DNA of 62,917 bases, counting the filler, from Globobulimina sp. (lineage: Eukaryota), in assembly GCA_003354225.1 (NCBI GenBank). It is 20 parts of 20 records of this genome, joined end to end, with 100 filler letters (N's around TTAATTAATTAA, not from the genome) between each part and the next. Parts side by side here need not be neighbours in the genome. Positions count along the whole stretch, not along the records: positions 9,460 to 12,512 come from PIVH01003872.1; positions 12,613 to 15,664 come from PIVH01003873.1; positions 15,765 to 18,816 come from PIVH01003874.1; positions 18,917 to 21,968 come from PIVH01003875.1; positions 22,069 to 25,119 come from PIVH01003876.1; 15 more parts are not named here. One strand, given 5' to 3'. Every line of letters starts with the position of its first letter. The stretch's first letter is position 1. The position numbers were made by a program, and so were the translations under genes. The notes under the pieces are model-generated. The model saw only the letters and a list, made by a program, of their open reading frames with translations. It was not told the DNA's origin and did not search any database. This document shows positions 12,239 to 25,219 of this stretch, piece by piece.

Positions 12239-12713
12239 GAAATGTTAAATTGTTTATTTTTATTGTTATACTGGTGTTTTCTTGCAAAATTAAATATGTT
12301 TGTTTTACACAAATGCGTTTGGTTTGGTTTTGTAAATATTCTTAAAGTTTTGAAGAAAAAAATGTGATGAATAAAGTTAAAACAGTTAATTTTTTTTAGC
12401 CAAAAAAAACCTTAACTTTAAATGGCAGTTTATACTGTTCAAGTGACAAATAAAACATTAGGAATTGCATTGGATTCTGCAAACAATACTGAAAGTGCAA
12501 TAATAGTGTCAGNNNNNNNNNNNNNNNNNNNNNNNNNNNNNNNNNNNNNNNNNNNNTTAATTAATTAANNNNNNNNNNNNNNNNNNNNNNNNNNNNNNNN
12601 NNNNNNNNNNNNAGAAATTGAAGATGCATGACTTTAGCAACGAATAAATCTGGGCATTATTGCTACACAACACCAATTCGCACATATGGAGATATAAATG
12701 TGAATAACAAAAT

Positions 12714-13214
12714 TTACATAATTAAATTTGTGGCAAGGTTAGAATCACCAGAGTTTATTGACGAATAATAATGTCTTTCATCAGCTTTACCAACTTGTCG
12801 ATATAAACAATATGCATCAAACACTAAATATATTTGTAATAAAGCTATGACAACATCCGTTGTAGCAGAGGTAGTGCGGTCTAAAGTTGATGTTTGCCAG
12901 AACTCTTGAAATCCAATAAGTGTCGCAACCAATCGCATTGTACCTGCAACTAAACACGAACAAATTACCAATAAACTCCCAGTTCTCGGAGATAACCAAA
13001 GTAATAACATAATGCATCCCAATATGGTCGGAAATGCAAACAAATAGCCGGATATTAATACCAATACTTTAGCCCAATGATCACCGGTTGTATCTTCATC
13101 CCAATTAAATGAATAATTTAATCCATCAATAATCACCAACCATATTGATAAGACAACGCCAACAAAGAAAACTCTGAATCTACTTCCCCATGCTGTATCG
13201 CAGCGTTTCGGCAT
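12714..13214 (-). CDS. Small multi-pass membrane protein
   Basis: About four hydrophobic segments; first ATG at 13214. Confidence 0.5.
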   Translation of the reverse strand: MPKRCDTAWGSRFRVFFVGVVLSIWLVIIDGLNYSFNWDEDTTGDHWAKVLVLISGYLFAFPTILGCIMLLLWLSPRTGSLLVICSCLVAGTMRLVATLIGFQEFWQTSTLDRTTSATTDVVIALLQIYLVFDAYCLYRQVGKADERHYYSSINSGDSNLATNLIM

Positions 13215-13302
13215 GTCCAATCAGGTATTTTTTATATTATCAAAAATGCGACTGATCTAAATTTTGAGTGAGTAGAAATTATTTAGAAAACTTTTTCTGA
13301 TA

Positions 13303-14478
13303 ATGGCTGAACAGAAAGATATTGAAATGAATGATTGCCATTTTCAGATCTTTGTGCGGGTTGTAACAGGCTCACAATTTAAAACATTTGCATTCAATAT
13401 CAACACGGATGAAAACATTAACAGCATTGCACATAAATTAGGACAAAAGACAGGCGTTCCTTCGAAGTTCATTACATTATCATATCAATCAAAAATTCTG
13501 TATCCAAACAATAGCATCAAATCATATCATATTTTGCGCGAATCCACATTGAATGCAACAGCCCGTTGTCATAACTATAATGGCAGTTATATGAAAAACA
13601 ATGACTACAACGGTATCTGTTGCGCGTCATTTCCAATTTCTTTGTCCAATGAGCAATTCACAAAAAAAATCAAATCTATTAGTAAGCAGTTGAATGCATT
13701 GAAAAATGAATATAAAAATAAAATATTGCAAGCAAATAACTTATGTGATTTAAGCAATACATTGCAAGACATTCAACAAAATTTCAATCCGAAATACAGT
13801 CAATTAAATGCAGCAAAATTACATGTTTTCAATCAAATAAAATACAATAACAATCGGGCGAAATCAGCGATTAATTTTGAGCTTATTAGTTTGCCGCAAT
13901 TGACAGATCACAGAGCAATGTTAGCAAATTCATTGGAAGATATTGACTCTGAGTGTATACAAACTGATAAAACAATCAAATTAATTGAGAATGAGTTGGA
14001 ATGTGACCAGTCATTGGTATTAGTTGAAACATTTAAAAATGAGTTAAAAAAATGTGAGGTGAAATATAAGGAATGGAGTACCCAGAATGTAATTACATGG
14101 TTGTTATTGATTGAAAATGGAAAATTTAAACATAACAAATATGTAAAAATAAAGGTAGGAATCGAGGAGTTAGAAATTTGTGGCGAAACAATGACTGATT
14201 TGAGAAATGATTCTTTTTTGAAATTTGGATTTGGTTTGGATTTAATGGAAAGGAGACTTTTATTAAAAAATATTGACCGAGTGTTAAATGTGAATGTTGA
14301 GAATCAGAATATTTGTGCAATTTGTATCAAACAAAGAATTAATTCGGTGTTTATTGAGTGTGGACATCAATTTTGTTGTTGGGATTGTTGGGTCAAAGAA
14401 AAAGAGCGATTTGACAATTGTCCTATTTGCAGAGCATCCATTCACAGGACACTTAGAACCTTTATGACAGGATTTTAA
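13303..14478 (+). CDS. Ubiquitin-like + SAM + RING (C3HC4) putative E3 ligase
   Basis: Ubl FQIFVRVV...TGVP...ESTL; SAM KEWSTQNVITWL; RING CAIC...ECGHQFCCWDC...CPICR. Confidence 0.8.
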   Translation: MAEQKDIEMNDCHFQIFVRVVTGSQFKTFAFNINTDENINSIAHKLGQKTGVPSKFITLSYQSKILYPNNSIKSYHILRESTLNATARCHNYNGSYMKNNDYNGICCASFPISLSNEQFTKKIKSISKQLNALKNEYKNKILQANNLCDLSNTLQDIQQNFNPKYSQLNAAKLHVFNQIKYNNNRAKSAINFELISLPQLTDHRAMLANSLEDIDSECIQTDKTIKLIENELECDQSLVLVETFKNELKKCEVKYKEWSTQNVITWLLLIENGKFKHNKYVKIKVGIEELEICGETMTDLRNDSFLKFGFGLDLMERRLLLKNIDRVLNVNVENQNICAICIKQRINSVFIECGHQFCCWDCWVKEKERFDNCPICRASIHRTLRTFMTGF

Positions 14479-14863
14479 AAATTGTACTTCTATTTTTTTT
14501 TGAGAAATTGTACTTTATTTTTTTTTTATTATTTGAATGAATCCAATTTATATTTTTTGGTATCACATATGCGATAATATTTGAGGAATATATTTTTTAC
14601 CAATTTGCTCGAATTTAATATAACGCAATTTTGTGAAGCAATAAATGGTGCAAAAGTTATGGGACCATATGTAATATGTTTTTGCCAGCTAGATTTATGT
14701 CAAATTGACGATCTTTAACTTGCTGTATAAATGTTCCAAATAATGGATATCCATTTGGTCCTACATACGGAAATAAATTAAGATAAAAAAAATAATGGAT
14801 GCTAGATGCATACGGTTTTAAAAAAAAAATACGGTATTTCAAAAATGTCCGAGTGCGATTCAA

Positions 14864-15664
14864 TCAATTCAAATTTATCAAAAATGAACCTTTTTTCCCC
14901 ATATAGATGTTTTGTGCGGCTGCACTGTTGATAGATGGTAATTTTATTGATTTTAAGGAAATAGATACTGCTTTAACATTATCATACTCCCCTAAACAAT
15001 ATCCAATATCATTAAATTTTGCGCCATAACCTATTTTCGCAGCTTGTATCGCTTCATTAATATCATTTTGCTGTTTATAATTCTTCCCATCTGGATACAA
15101 TATAATATATTTTAATTTTGTTTCTGTGGTTGAACCTCCAAATAAAGTTAATACATTATCCAATATCTCTTTTGTTAACGTTATATTTTGAATGGTTATT
15201 CCTTCAACATTTGGAAATAGCGCTGGCAATAAATTAATTTTACATTTATCATTTCCAAGAAAAAATTCTGTAAAAAAATGACAATTTTCTGCAGTATGAT
15301 TCAAATAAATTAATTTTACATTATCAAAATACGAATGCGCTGTAATTCTCGCATATACTGCCAACGATTGAAAGTGTCCATATTCCGATGCTAAGTCTGC
15401 TTTTTCCAATTCACGCGATATTTTATCCTCCATCAATCTCAATATAAGTTGTTTTTTCGTTTCTTTGTTCGTTTCTATTTTCCACGTATGCCAATCTTTT
15501 GGATACGGCATAATTACACTATCAATAATTTTTAAAGCATCTAAAATAATACGATATTGCTCGCCAGTCTTAACATTTAAAATATCATTCACATAAATTC
15601 CGGATTTCATTTGTACAAACAACCGTTCTTTCTCATATGCAAAGTCTGACAGCCAACTTACATC
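14864..15664 (-). CDS. Hypothetical protein, 5'-partial
   Basis: 252-aa ORF running towards the contig edge; no recognised domain. Confidence 0.45.
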   Translation of the reverse strand, partial: DVSWLSDFAYEKERLFVQMKSGIYVNDILNVKTGEQYRIILDALKIIDSVIMPYPKDWHTWKIETNKETKKQLILRLMEDKISRELEKADLASEYGHFQSLAVYARITAHSYFDNVKLIYLNHTAENCHFFTEFFLGNDKCKINLLPALFPNVEGITIQNITLTKEILDNVLTLFGGSTTETKLKYIILYPDGKNYKQQNDINEAIQAAKIGYGAKFNDIGYCLGEYDNVKAVSISLKSIKLPSINSAAAQNIYMGKKGSFLINLN

Positions 15665-15764
15665 NNNNNNNNNNNNNNNNNNNNNNNNNNNNNNNNNNNN
15701 NNNNNNNNTTAATTAATTAANNNNNNNNNNNNNNNNNNNNNNNNNNNNNNNNNNNNNNNNNNNN

Positions 15765-16806
15765 CAAGCTCTCTTTTAATATTAATATAATATATGATAT
15801 ATAATATTAATATGTTTATTAATATATATAATAATATAATAATATAACAATAACATGCACCTGGAACAAGAGATGAGCTCTGTTGAAATTGAGTATATAA
15901 TTCTTTATGATATGTATTTTGTATCGGAATACTCGAATTTATATCGCCACCAACACCAAATACTGAACTACCATCGGATATGGCAGTCATTGTACTCTGT
16001 TTTCGCAAATTATAGTCGCTCGATACACTATTTCTTGCCGCCAAGTCCGATAGTTTTAATTCTCTCTGTTTTTCTGGCAATTCTATTTTTAAAATATCTG
16101 CCACATTAACTTCTGATGCACTTTTAACTGTTTCATGATTTAATATCTGACGGGCAGTCATGATGTGGTCTGTATTCTTATTGTTATTGTCATTGTTATT
16201 TTTATTTTTATTTTTAAGGTTTCTACAAAAACTAAAATTGTTACAATTTATACAATTAATATTGCAACAATTACAATTACAACAATTACAACCATTAAAA
16301 TCTTCATTGGCACAAAAGCAACAAATACATATTAATAATATTAAAATAATTAATCCACAGATAATATATGTTATTAATAAATTTGAATGATTTATTGGAT
16401 TACTAATATATTTTTTCATTCTTTCATCAATTCCAAATGATAATATGTTATAATTACTATTCCACTCATTATTTTTTTTCATCGTCACACAATTAAACTT
16501 GTTGACGCTTATTGACTTATTATTAGTTATGATAATTTTCACTGATATATTAATCATATCGTCATCATCATAGTCATAGTCATAGTCATAATTTAGGTGT
16601 TTTTCGACTTTTGCCAAATATATATTATTGTTATTGCTATGATCTCGTTGAACAATATAAATTCCATTTAGATGGTTGTTACCATTAATTGAGATGTTAA
16701 ATTCTTTGCAATCGTTTGGATGTATCTCTACGGACCCAGTGAACGCTACAAAATATATCAAAATGAAAGATTCAATAGTAATGAGTAAAAACGACATTCC
16801 AAGCAT
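15765..16806 (-). CDS. Single-pass membrane protein with Cys/Asn-rich juxtamembrane region, 3'-partial
   Basis: N-terminal hydrophobic segment and TM LLITYIICGLIILILLICICCFC followed by CNCCNCNCC. Confidence 0.5.
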
Positions 16807-16855
16807 GTAAATTTACTGATTTTCTTTCTTTTGTGGCCACTGAGATACTGACACA

Positions 16856-17718
16856 ATGGCAGCTGAGTTAAGTAATTAAATGCATTTTAGAAGGACAATA
16901 TGGCAGAATATTGATCAATAAATACATATAGCAATAGTACGTATAGTGAAGATTTTGCGATTGATACTGGAAATGACGATTTTACGATTGATTACACACG
17001 ATCCAATACAAAGGGTTTAACACAGATCAGCACATCAGAGAAGAAACTGAAACAATCATATTTTAAATCATTGAAAAAGTGGAAAAGGCAATACCATGGC
17101 TTGACTTTTTCAGAATCGATTGTAAGATTTCTATATAATTTATCGCATATTGGAATTACAATTGGCACCGTTATCTATTGCATAGTATTTATCATTGTAA
17201 TCGGAAGTACAGTTTATTCAAATTATATAAATGATAATCAATTAAACATTGAATTCATAGTAATCGGAATAAATTGTATTGTCGGAATAATCAGTTTGTT
17301 GTTAAATATTTTGCCAATCATATTGTTATTTGATTATGTTCTGACTTGTGGTGGATTGGGATTTACATTGGGCGCATCATGGAAAATAAATGACGGACAT
17401 GAAAATGCAACAAATTCAACATTAGTTGTATTTGGTTTGCTGATGATATTAATTATACCATTTCGTATATTTTGGTGGTGAGTTTGCACGCTTTAAATTA
17501 ATATTGTTCGATTTATAATGTTATTGATAATGATAAATATACGAAATGGTATAATATTAAATCATGTTAGGCACAAATATTCGATAAATAAAATGGCAGC
17601 AATGGAATTATACGCTATGCTTTCACAACAAAGATCATTACAGAATGTTGGCTGGATTGTAAATGTTTTTGTATTTAAAGTTTTTGAGTTTTTGTATTTA
17701 AACCTTGAAACAACATAA
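16856..17718 (+). CDS. Multi-pass membrane protein (3 exons)
   Basis: Introns 16867-16931 and 17478-17570 join ATG 16856, ORF 17071..17481 and ORF 17518..17718 in frame. Confidence 0.5.
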
Positions 17719-17843
17719 AAAAATAAATGAGCAACGGTCGTTTATTGACGTCGCCAACAAATGATCAAATGGTATGACTGGCATATCAAACATTTATAGG
17801 TAGCACATGACTAAATATCAATATCTAGATCTTTGGCCAAGAA

Positions 17844-18816
17844 ATGGTAACAATGCTATCCGTAACACTAATCGCAGTGATATTGCATTGGACACTCACA
17901 TCATTCAAAAAAGATTATAGTTTAACAGCCTCACGTTCAATGCGTGTACCATGTTTACTGTCAATTATATCATTTTTAATAATGAATATAGTTGGAATGA
18001 TCGGATGGAACAACGTATTTATACCAATAACATCAACCACATGCAAGGCAATATATCCATTTTGTTTGTTTGCGTACAATTTTGGTAAGATATCAATGTA
18101 TTATTTATTTACATTTCGTATAGAATTAATATTCAAACACACAGCATATGAAATATCAGTGATTTGGTTAAATATTTATCGCTTATTTTGTTTTTTAATA
18201 CCAACTCTGTTATGGGCAATGTGGATATATTTATCATGGACTGATATAAAACCGCATAAAACAGATACTGTCCATCCGCAATATTTGTATTGTTTTCCGC
18301 AAAGATTTAAATATAGCAATGTCTATTTATCACAGAATATAACAGTTTGTATTGCAGTTAGTGACTTATTATTTTCTGCAGTTCCATTATTTTTATTTAT
18401 TTTCAAATATTATAAAGTCACTTCTTTATATCGTAGAGCCAAAATACTTCCAAATTTGAATGACAATGGCGATTTATATCATGCATTGTCGGCCAATTTA
18501 CCTGGTTTTGAGTTAAAACATATCGCAATCATACGGAAATCGACCATGTTGGTTATTATTGCAATTATGTCGACATGGCTCTATATCTGTGGCCAAGCAT
18601 ATATTTTACGACAACTCGGATTCTATTTGCCGTTCGATGGTGTTATCAATTCCTTGTGTGTTGCGTGCTTATTCCAATTCGGTGATGATTTCTATTCTGT
18701 CACCTTTGCCAAATTAGAATGTTGTTGTTTATGTTTTGGTCCATTTTGCAATCTATGTCCATCGGCATGTTCATGTTGTGGTGATTTTAAGGTACAAAAT
18801 AATAATAAAGCGAAAC
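17844..18816 (+). CDS. 7TM GPCR-like membrane protein, 3'-partial
   Basis: Seven hydrophobic segments, a Cys at the start of TM3 and a Cys-rich tail. Confidence 0.6.
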
Positions 18817-19380
18817 NNNNNNNNNNNNNNNNNNNNNNNNNNNNNNNNNNNNNNNNNNNNTTAATTAATTAANNNNNNNNNNNNNNNNNNNNNNNNNNNN
18901 NNNNNNNNNNNNNNNNTTTTCCTGTTTATTTTATGTATGCGGTGCATTTAGTTTTGCATTTAGAAATTCGTGTATTGATTCACATGATAATGACTTGTGA
19001 TTATCTGACCAAACTAATGTTGAACTATTCCACATGAGTGCCAACTCTGAACCAAAGTGTGAGAGGTAGACCATCACAAACAGCTTTTTATACCCTCACA
19101 TTAATAAACAGGAAAAAGAATAGGTTGATATATCATATATGTATGTTATTTTCTATGATCGAATATGTCGCACTCTCATCACAAGTTACAAATGTTCCTG
19201 ATTGGGAGACATGTAATTACGATCATGGTGGAGTAAATTCACCATTGCACTGATCCATTTTAATTGGTCTTCGGTTTATGGCAATATAAATGCACAGTTT
19301 GCTGTTTGTTCATGCAACAAAAGAAGAAGCCATGTAAAAAAAGAGTGTTCTTCAGTAAGATATATATATATATCTCAGTC

Positions 19381-20703
19381 ATGATCAAGTTGCGCTTAAA
19401 AATACTGTATTTTATTAAATTTGCCAGATATTCGTGTATAGGCCGGTTTTATTCATTATTTTTACTGTTTCAAGGCATCACCTTTTCTCAACTTGGCACA
19501 ATTTTAAGTGTAGCATACATATCAAGAACAGTTTCAAACATAGTATGCTCGACAATATCTGATATGGATTCAAAATATAACTTCCGTTATACCGTTCCAC
19601 AAATAACGTCGATAACATCTGCAATATTATCTTTATTATTGTTATTGCCGCATTATTGGTTGCATTATAATTCTAATGATAGCCAGTTATTTTTAGCTCT
19701 ATTTATAATTCAAATCATATGGTATCTGTTTACGAATGCTGAGTGGCCGCTGGTTGTCGGCTTGACAATGATTGAGTTATCCAAAAGCAATGATAAAATT
19801 AAATATGGAATTTATAGAAGTTATGGTGCTGTAAGTTGGGGGATATGCCATTTAATCATTGGTTTGTGTTTGCAATATAATATTATCCAACTGCCACATT
19901 TGATATATCTCTACATTGTGTTGACTGCAGTGTTTTTGCTGAGTTATGTTGTAACATTCGGAGATTTCAAGCACAAACACAAACCAATTGCAATTGATGT
20001 GGAAACCGCAAATTATGGTTCGATTACGATACAGACAGATGTTGAGGGTCCGGAACAGCGCGAGAATGGCTCGAAATGGGCAACATTTATATATGTAATG
20101 AGTAATCCGTCGAGATTGAGCATCTTTATTTTATTGTTGTGCATTGCCGGAGGTCGTGACGTGTTGGAATCCTTTTTATTTGTTTACATTTATTCGCAAT
20201 ATGAAAATAATCCATTTCTGTATGGTTTGTTGGGGATTTCTGTAATGATTACTGTGGCATTTGAATTTCCATTATTTCTGAAAGAAAAGCTTATTGTCAA
20301 ACATTTGGGTTTTCGGACAATGATGATTTTGGGTTCAATATTTTTAACAATTCGATTCATGGCATACACATTATTGACGAATTCGACATTAATTGCTGGC
20401 TTTCTATCCATTGAGTTGCTCCATGGTTTATCCTTTGCGTTGATTGACATGTCGATGGTGACCATCTGCAGTGACTTATTCCCATCAAATATGCAAATGA
20501 TAGCGCAGGGACTGCTGAACATCACTAGGAATGGGATCGGCCCCTTTATATTCGTCTTGATTGCTGGCATTATATTTGATAAATATGGCGGAGTCTGGCT
20601 ATTTCGCGGCATTGCTATTTTACAAATTGTTGCCATTTTGTTTTTTGTTTTGCTTACAAGAGGAGATAAACTCAAAATGGCCACAGAGCTTCAACAAAAA
20701 TAA
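19381..20703 (+). CDS. MFS transporter (MFSD6/MFS_1_like)
   Basis: About 12 TM segments, YGIYRSYGAVSWG and ELLHGLSFAL motifs. Confidence 0.8.
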   Translation: MIKLRLKILYFIKFARYSCIGRFYSLFLLFQGITFSQLGTILSVAYISRTVSNIVCSTISDMDSKYNFRYTVPQITSITSAILSLLLLLPHYWLHYNSNDSQLFLALFIIQIIWYLFTNAEWPLVVGLTMIELSKSNDKIKYGIYRSYGAVSWGICHLIIGLCLQYNIIQLPHLIYLYIVLTAVFLLSYVVTFGDFKHKHKPIAIDVETANYGSITIQTDVEGPEQRENGSKWATFIYVMSNPSRLSIFILLLCIAGGRDVLESFLFVYIYSQYENNPFLYGLLGISVMITVAFEFPLFLKEKLIVKHLGFRTMMILGSIFLTIRFMAYTLLTNSTLIAGFLSIELLHGLSFALIDMSMVTICSDLFPSNMQMIAQGLLNITRNGIGPFIFVLIAGIIFDKYGGVWLFRGIAILQIVAILFFVLLTRGDKLKMATELQQK

Positions 20704-20890
20704 ATATATATATATATATATAGACAACATGCATCTGACTGTGTACATTTATGCAAATGTATACGTTTCAGAAACATATGTATACATTTATGCTATTTCG
20801 TTCATCCTTGCACTCGCTGACATAAACTAAGCTTGATTTACTGTTAAATATCAATCAAAGCCAGACAGAAAGCAAGAACACAATTTATAA

Positions 20891-21968
20891 TTACCATGGT
20901 TGAGCAGCCACCATTTTAGTATCAAAAACATGTAATTTTTTCTGTTTATCAACGAACACATAAAAATATCCTTTTTTTGCATTATTTGTATCAATGCCAT
21001 TTTTCCATATAAATGTGTATAACGCATTATATCTCTTTCTTTGTTTTTTCTTCAATAATAAAACTTTATATTGTCTCGATTTATCATAACAAAGCATCCA
21101 TTTTCTATCCCGATATGCTTGAATCTTTATGACAAATCTTATTCGTATGCCACATAATGGATACAGCGTAAGTTTGGTATAATTGCTATCATTCCTCACG
21201 GCCATATCACAATGTTTCACAAATTGTCTCTGTCTTTTTTCTCGATATTCCTCATGATGATCCTCAATAACAACTGATTTATTTTCATACGCATCCCTTG
21301 CGCCATATATATGTTTGCTAATGAATTCAGGAACAGCCGTCTCTGCCTGCCATGTTGGAGTGAGATTAAATTCACAGTACTTGATTGTAAAAATCAACTG
21401 ACTTTGAGTAAGCTTTGAAATATGATTAATTTTGTTTCTATTAACATCACAAATCTCTTTATGTCGCTTCCAATCTGCCTTTTGGCAATGTTTTGAGCAG
21501 TACCTTTCCGAACTGATACATTTACTGCATCGATACAATTTTATTTCCTTCTTTTTATTGGATTGATTACATACAAAACAATAGTTTGCATCTTCATATT
21601 CCAACATATTTACATTTTCTTTCATTTTCCGGATACGATTATTAATAATTGTTGCGATTTCAATATGATTCCTTGCCGATGCAATATTTAATATTTGATA
21701 TCCCTGAAAGTTATATAACAACGGATTGGCTTCAAATTGACATAACAATTTTGTACATTCCACGTTAGTGTTCATACAACATTCATGCAACGCGGTGCTA
21801 CAAAAAATATTATATATATTGGGATTGGCACCATTTCCTAATAAAAACCTCGCAAATTCGACATCGGGCACATTGATTACGGCTTCATTTAATACGGTAT
21901 AACCATATTTATTCTGTATATTGACATCCAATCCATTATCAATCATATATTGTGCAATCTGAATATGT
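20891..21968 (-). CDS. Ankyrin-repeat + MYND zinc-finger protein, 5'-partial
   Basis: Ankyrin GLDVNIQNKYGYTVL and GANPN..TALH; MYND CFVC...CSKC...YCSKHCQKADWKRHKEIC. Confidence 0.8.
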
Positions 21969-22068
21969 NNNNNNNNNNNNNNNNNNNNNNNNNNNNNNNN
22001 NNNNNNNNNNNNTTAATTAATTAANNNNNNNNNNNNNNNNNNNNNNNNNNNNNNNNNNNNNNNNNNNN

Positions 22069-22347
22069 TAAATAGAACATTATTCGCAATAATGTGATGA
22101 TGCAATAATAATATAGGACACGATCGTAAAATGGCAAAAGCAGTGATCGCGCTTTATTCTCTTCACCGTGACATTGGTACCATTTTTTACGTAAAATACA
22201 GCTTAATAAAAATAATAAGATGCAAAATTCTAAACAAACAGTTATTAATGAAAATGCAGACTCTTCTCCAAAACGTGGTATAAATGGTGGATTATATACC
22301 GGCTCACATAATCCTGACGACAACTGTACATCCCAAATTGTTGACAT
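22069..22347 (-). CDS. Membrane protein N-terminal fragment
   Basis: ATG at 22347, hydrophobic segments, runs off the contig end. Confidence 0.4.
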
Positions 22348-22423
22348 TATGTATTTAAACTGGGGCAGAAAATGAATTAGTCAAAAAGAAAACTTCTCAA
22401 TTAATTTTTCCATAGTTTTAAAC

Positions 22424-25119
22424 ATGGGCTTTTTACGAGATTGCTATATTTCAATTGCATTCGTAGTATCCACATTATTGCTAGGTTTAGCAGTATTTGT
22501 AACATTAAAAGCAACCTATTATGAGACCTCAAGATGGTGTTCAATGTCATGGTCGCGTCCACAATACAATGAAATAACGGAATTAACAAATATAAAACCA
22601 TTAGAATTACGCACAGTGTATCCATCGTCATATTCCATGTTTCACCATTTCCAAACGACCCATAAATTTGTACCTTCAAATGCACAAAAGTCAGGTAGAG
22701 CGCATGCAAATAATTTAGATATTTCAAGCATAATAATATTTATCCCCGGACAGAGTGGTTCATATTTACAAATACGTTCCATTGCATCACGCCTATTGCA
22801 TCACAAATATTTATTATTACCATCGCATAAAATTGATAGGGATAAAGATATTTTATTTTTAAGCTTTAACTTCGGGAATGAATGGAGCTCACTGTCAACA
22901 TCAATAATAGCACGACAAACTGCATTTGTTTATACAATGTTGACAGAATATTTATGTTTTAATGAGACATTAAAGGTTTGTGATGATGATAAAAATAGTA
23001 AAACAAACATAATATTTATTGGTCACAGTATGGGTGGAATAGTAACAGCATCATTAGTTAACATATTATCCAAACAACCAATCCAATCACAAACAATTAC
23101 ACCATTTGATAGATATAATCATAATCTTTTGTCTCTTTTACGTGGCATTATACTCGTAAGCACACCAATAAATAAACCACTATTTACCTTTGAAAATAGA
23201 TATAAAAAATATTATAACTTTCATAAAATGAAATTTAATCAAATTATAAAAAAGAATAATATTTATACACTAAGGTATGTATCGCAGCATAATGCTTTTT
23301 GAATATTTTCATGTCAACAAAATGTTGTATCTAAGTGTAAGCGGTGGTTTTGAAGATTTTTTAATTGAGTCACATTTGTCCGCAATGAATGTAACAGATG
23401 GTGGTAATATTGATTTTATTGTATCTGATGTGTGTCCATCGATTATGAATACTATGGATCATCAAGCAACAATTTGGTGCCATGCTACGGTTGAAACGAT
23501 CTCAAGATATATTACAAGTATTTTAGTGCATGAACCAATAAAGAAAATGAGAAAATATCTATATCCATACAATCCCGCTGTGATATATACAGATACATTG
23601 ACTAACAATGCTGAGGATTTTGTATTGAATCAAACTTTCAAAACAGAAATGTATTTAAAAGATATAAAAGATTCAACTATTGTGGTTTCATGCAGTTATC
23701 CATTAAAACGATTGGAACTTTGTTCAATTGATGGAGGCCATGATGAATGTATTGATATTTCCCGATTTATGCATATTGTCCCATCGTGGATATCACATTC
23801 AAATAATAATAAATATAATTTCTCATTAAATCATAAACATCACACATTTCTACAAAAGTTTATTGCAGTTATAAATGGAAAAGATATTGAATTGAAAAAT
23901 AAATATTTGAGAGTACGAGGAAGTGTCTATGATATTAATAATGATATTTGTTCGTTGTGGCAAGGATTTATTGATACTGTTAATCATTCAAATGATAATA
24001 AAGCAGACAAGAAATGGAATACTTTTGAGGGTTTCAATCATTTTCAGAATTTTAATTTAAAATCAAATAAAGTTTATATTGATAAATTAGCGTTATCTCC
24101 GTTAATGACACATGATATTAAACTGACAATAAATAATAACCAATTAAAAGCAAAGGCAGATTATATTTGCTTGTCGGGATGGTCGGGAATGATAAATACC
24201 GCTGGAAATGGCGTATATTTATATGTTAATAATAGTGAAACAAATAAGAATAATAATTATTATCAACAACAACAATCATTTTGGTATTCACCATATTTAA
24301 AAATGAATAGATTTAAACCAAAAGGAACATATTATGACAAGTTATATATTTATAAAGAAGGAGCAGTGTCAGGCGATTCTAAACGGATTCATATTGATCT
24401 TAGTCACGAAAAAAGCAAAGAGGCGAAAAACAAATGGCGAATTGGTAAAAATGTTGGAGATTTTATGATGTTTGGTTCTTGTTCCGATGAAAGCAGAGAA
24501 AGTTTGATTGATTGCGAAGAATGGAAAATATTGGAATTTGATTTAAATTATGATCATTCATTAGGTGATGGGTATAAAATATGGCGAAATAAAGCAAAAT
24601 TAAGTTTAAGCAAAGAATGTGGCCCATTTGATGTATCTTTGTTACATTTGTCGTTGACAAATAAACCGTTATTGTACAACCAATGGGTGTCATTATCAAA
24701 TGATATAAGCACACATCGAATGATTATACCACGAGTAAATAATGAATATATTGCTGGTGATACAGATAATGAAAATATATTACAATTTGAATATTATTTA
24801 TTTGCAGATACAGATGTATATGAATGGAATATAAATATTGAATATAATCATTTGTCATCAATAATAAATACAATGATTCGTGATTTTTCATATTTTCCTT
24901 TTGTTTTAATTATGTGCATTTGGTTTGGATTAATGGCTGAAATATATAATGTAAAAGGTGTTGATTTAATTAATTTTTATATGGTGATACAAAGTATTTT
25001 AATGATTATATCGTGTTTAGATTTATTGCCACTTAGTCATCATTGGAAATATGTATATTTGCAATATAAAGAAAATAAAATAGATTCTAGCAATTATAAA
25101 ATATATTTATGTGAATTTA
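22424..25119 (+). CDS. PGAP1: GPI inositol-deacylase (PGAP1/BST1-like), 3'-partial
   Basis: N-terminal TM, CSMSWSRPQY, FIPGQSGSYLQIRS, lipase motif GHSMGG, DHQATIWC. Intron 23275-23335 joins the two ORFs. Confidence 0.75.
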
Positions 25120-25219
25120 NNNNNNNNNNNNNNNNNNNNNNNNNNNNNNNNNNNNNNNNNNNNTTAATTAATTAANNNNNNNNNNNNNNNNNNNNNNNNN
25201 NNNNNNNNNNNNNNNNNNN

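Noticed and set aside
11776-12312. Long antisense Ser/His/Pro-rich ORFs here and opposite CRNKL1 and epsin
   Set aside because: Shadow frames of acidic low-complexity or GC-richer coding sequence.
16900-16914. ATG GCA GAA TAT TGA in frame with the downstream ORF, suggesting selenocysteine or TGA readthrough
   Set aside because: It falls inside the predicted intron 16867-16931, which restores the frame from ATG 16856.
18917-19260. C/D-box-like words in the region upstream of the MFS gene
   Set aside because: No recognisable rRNA-complementary guide or consistent box spacing.
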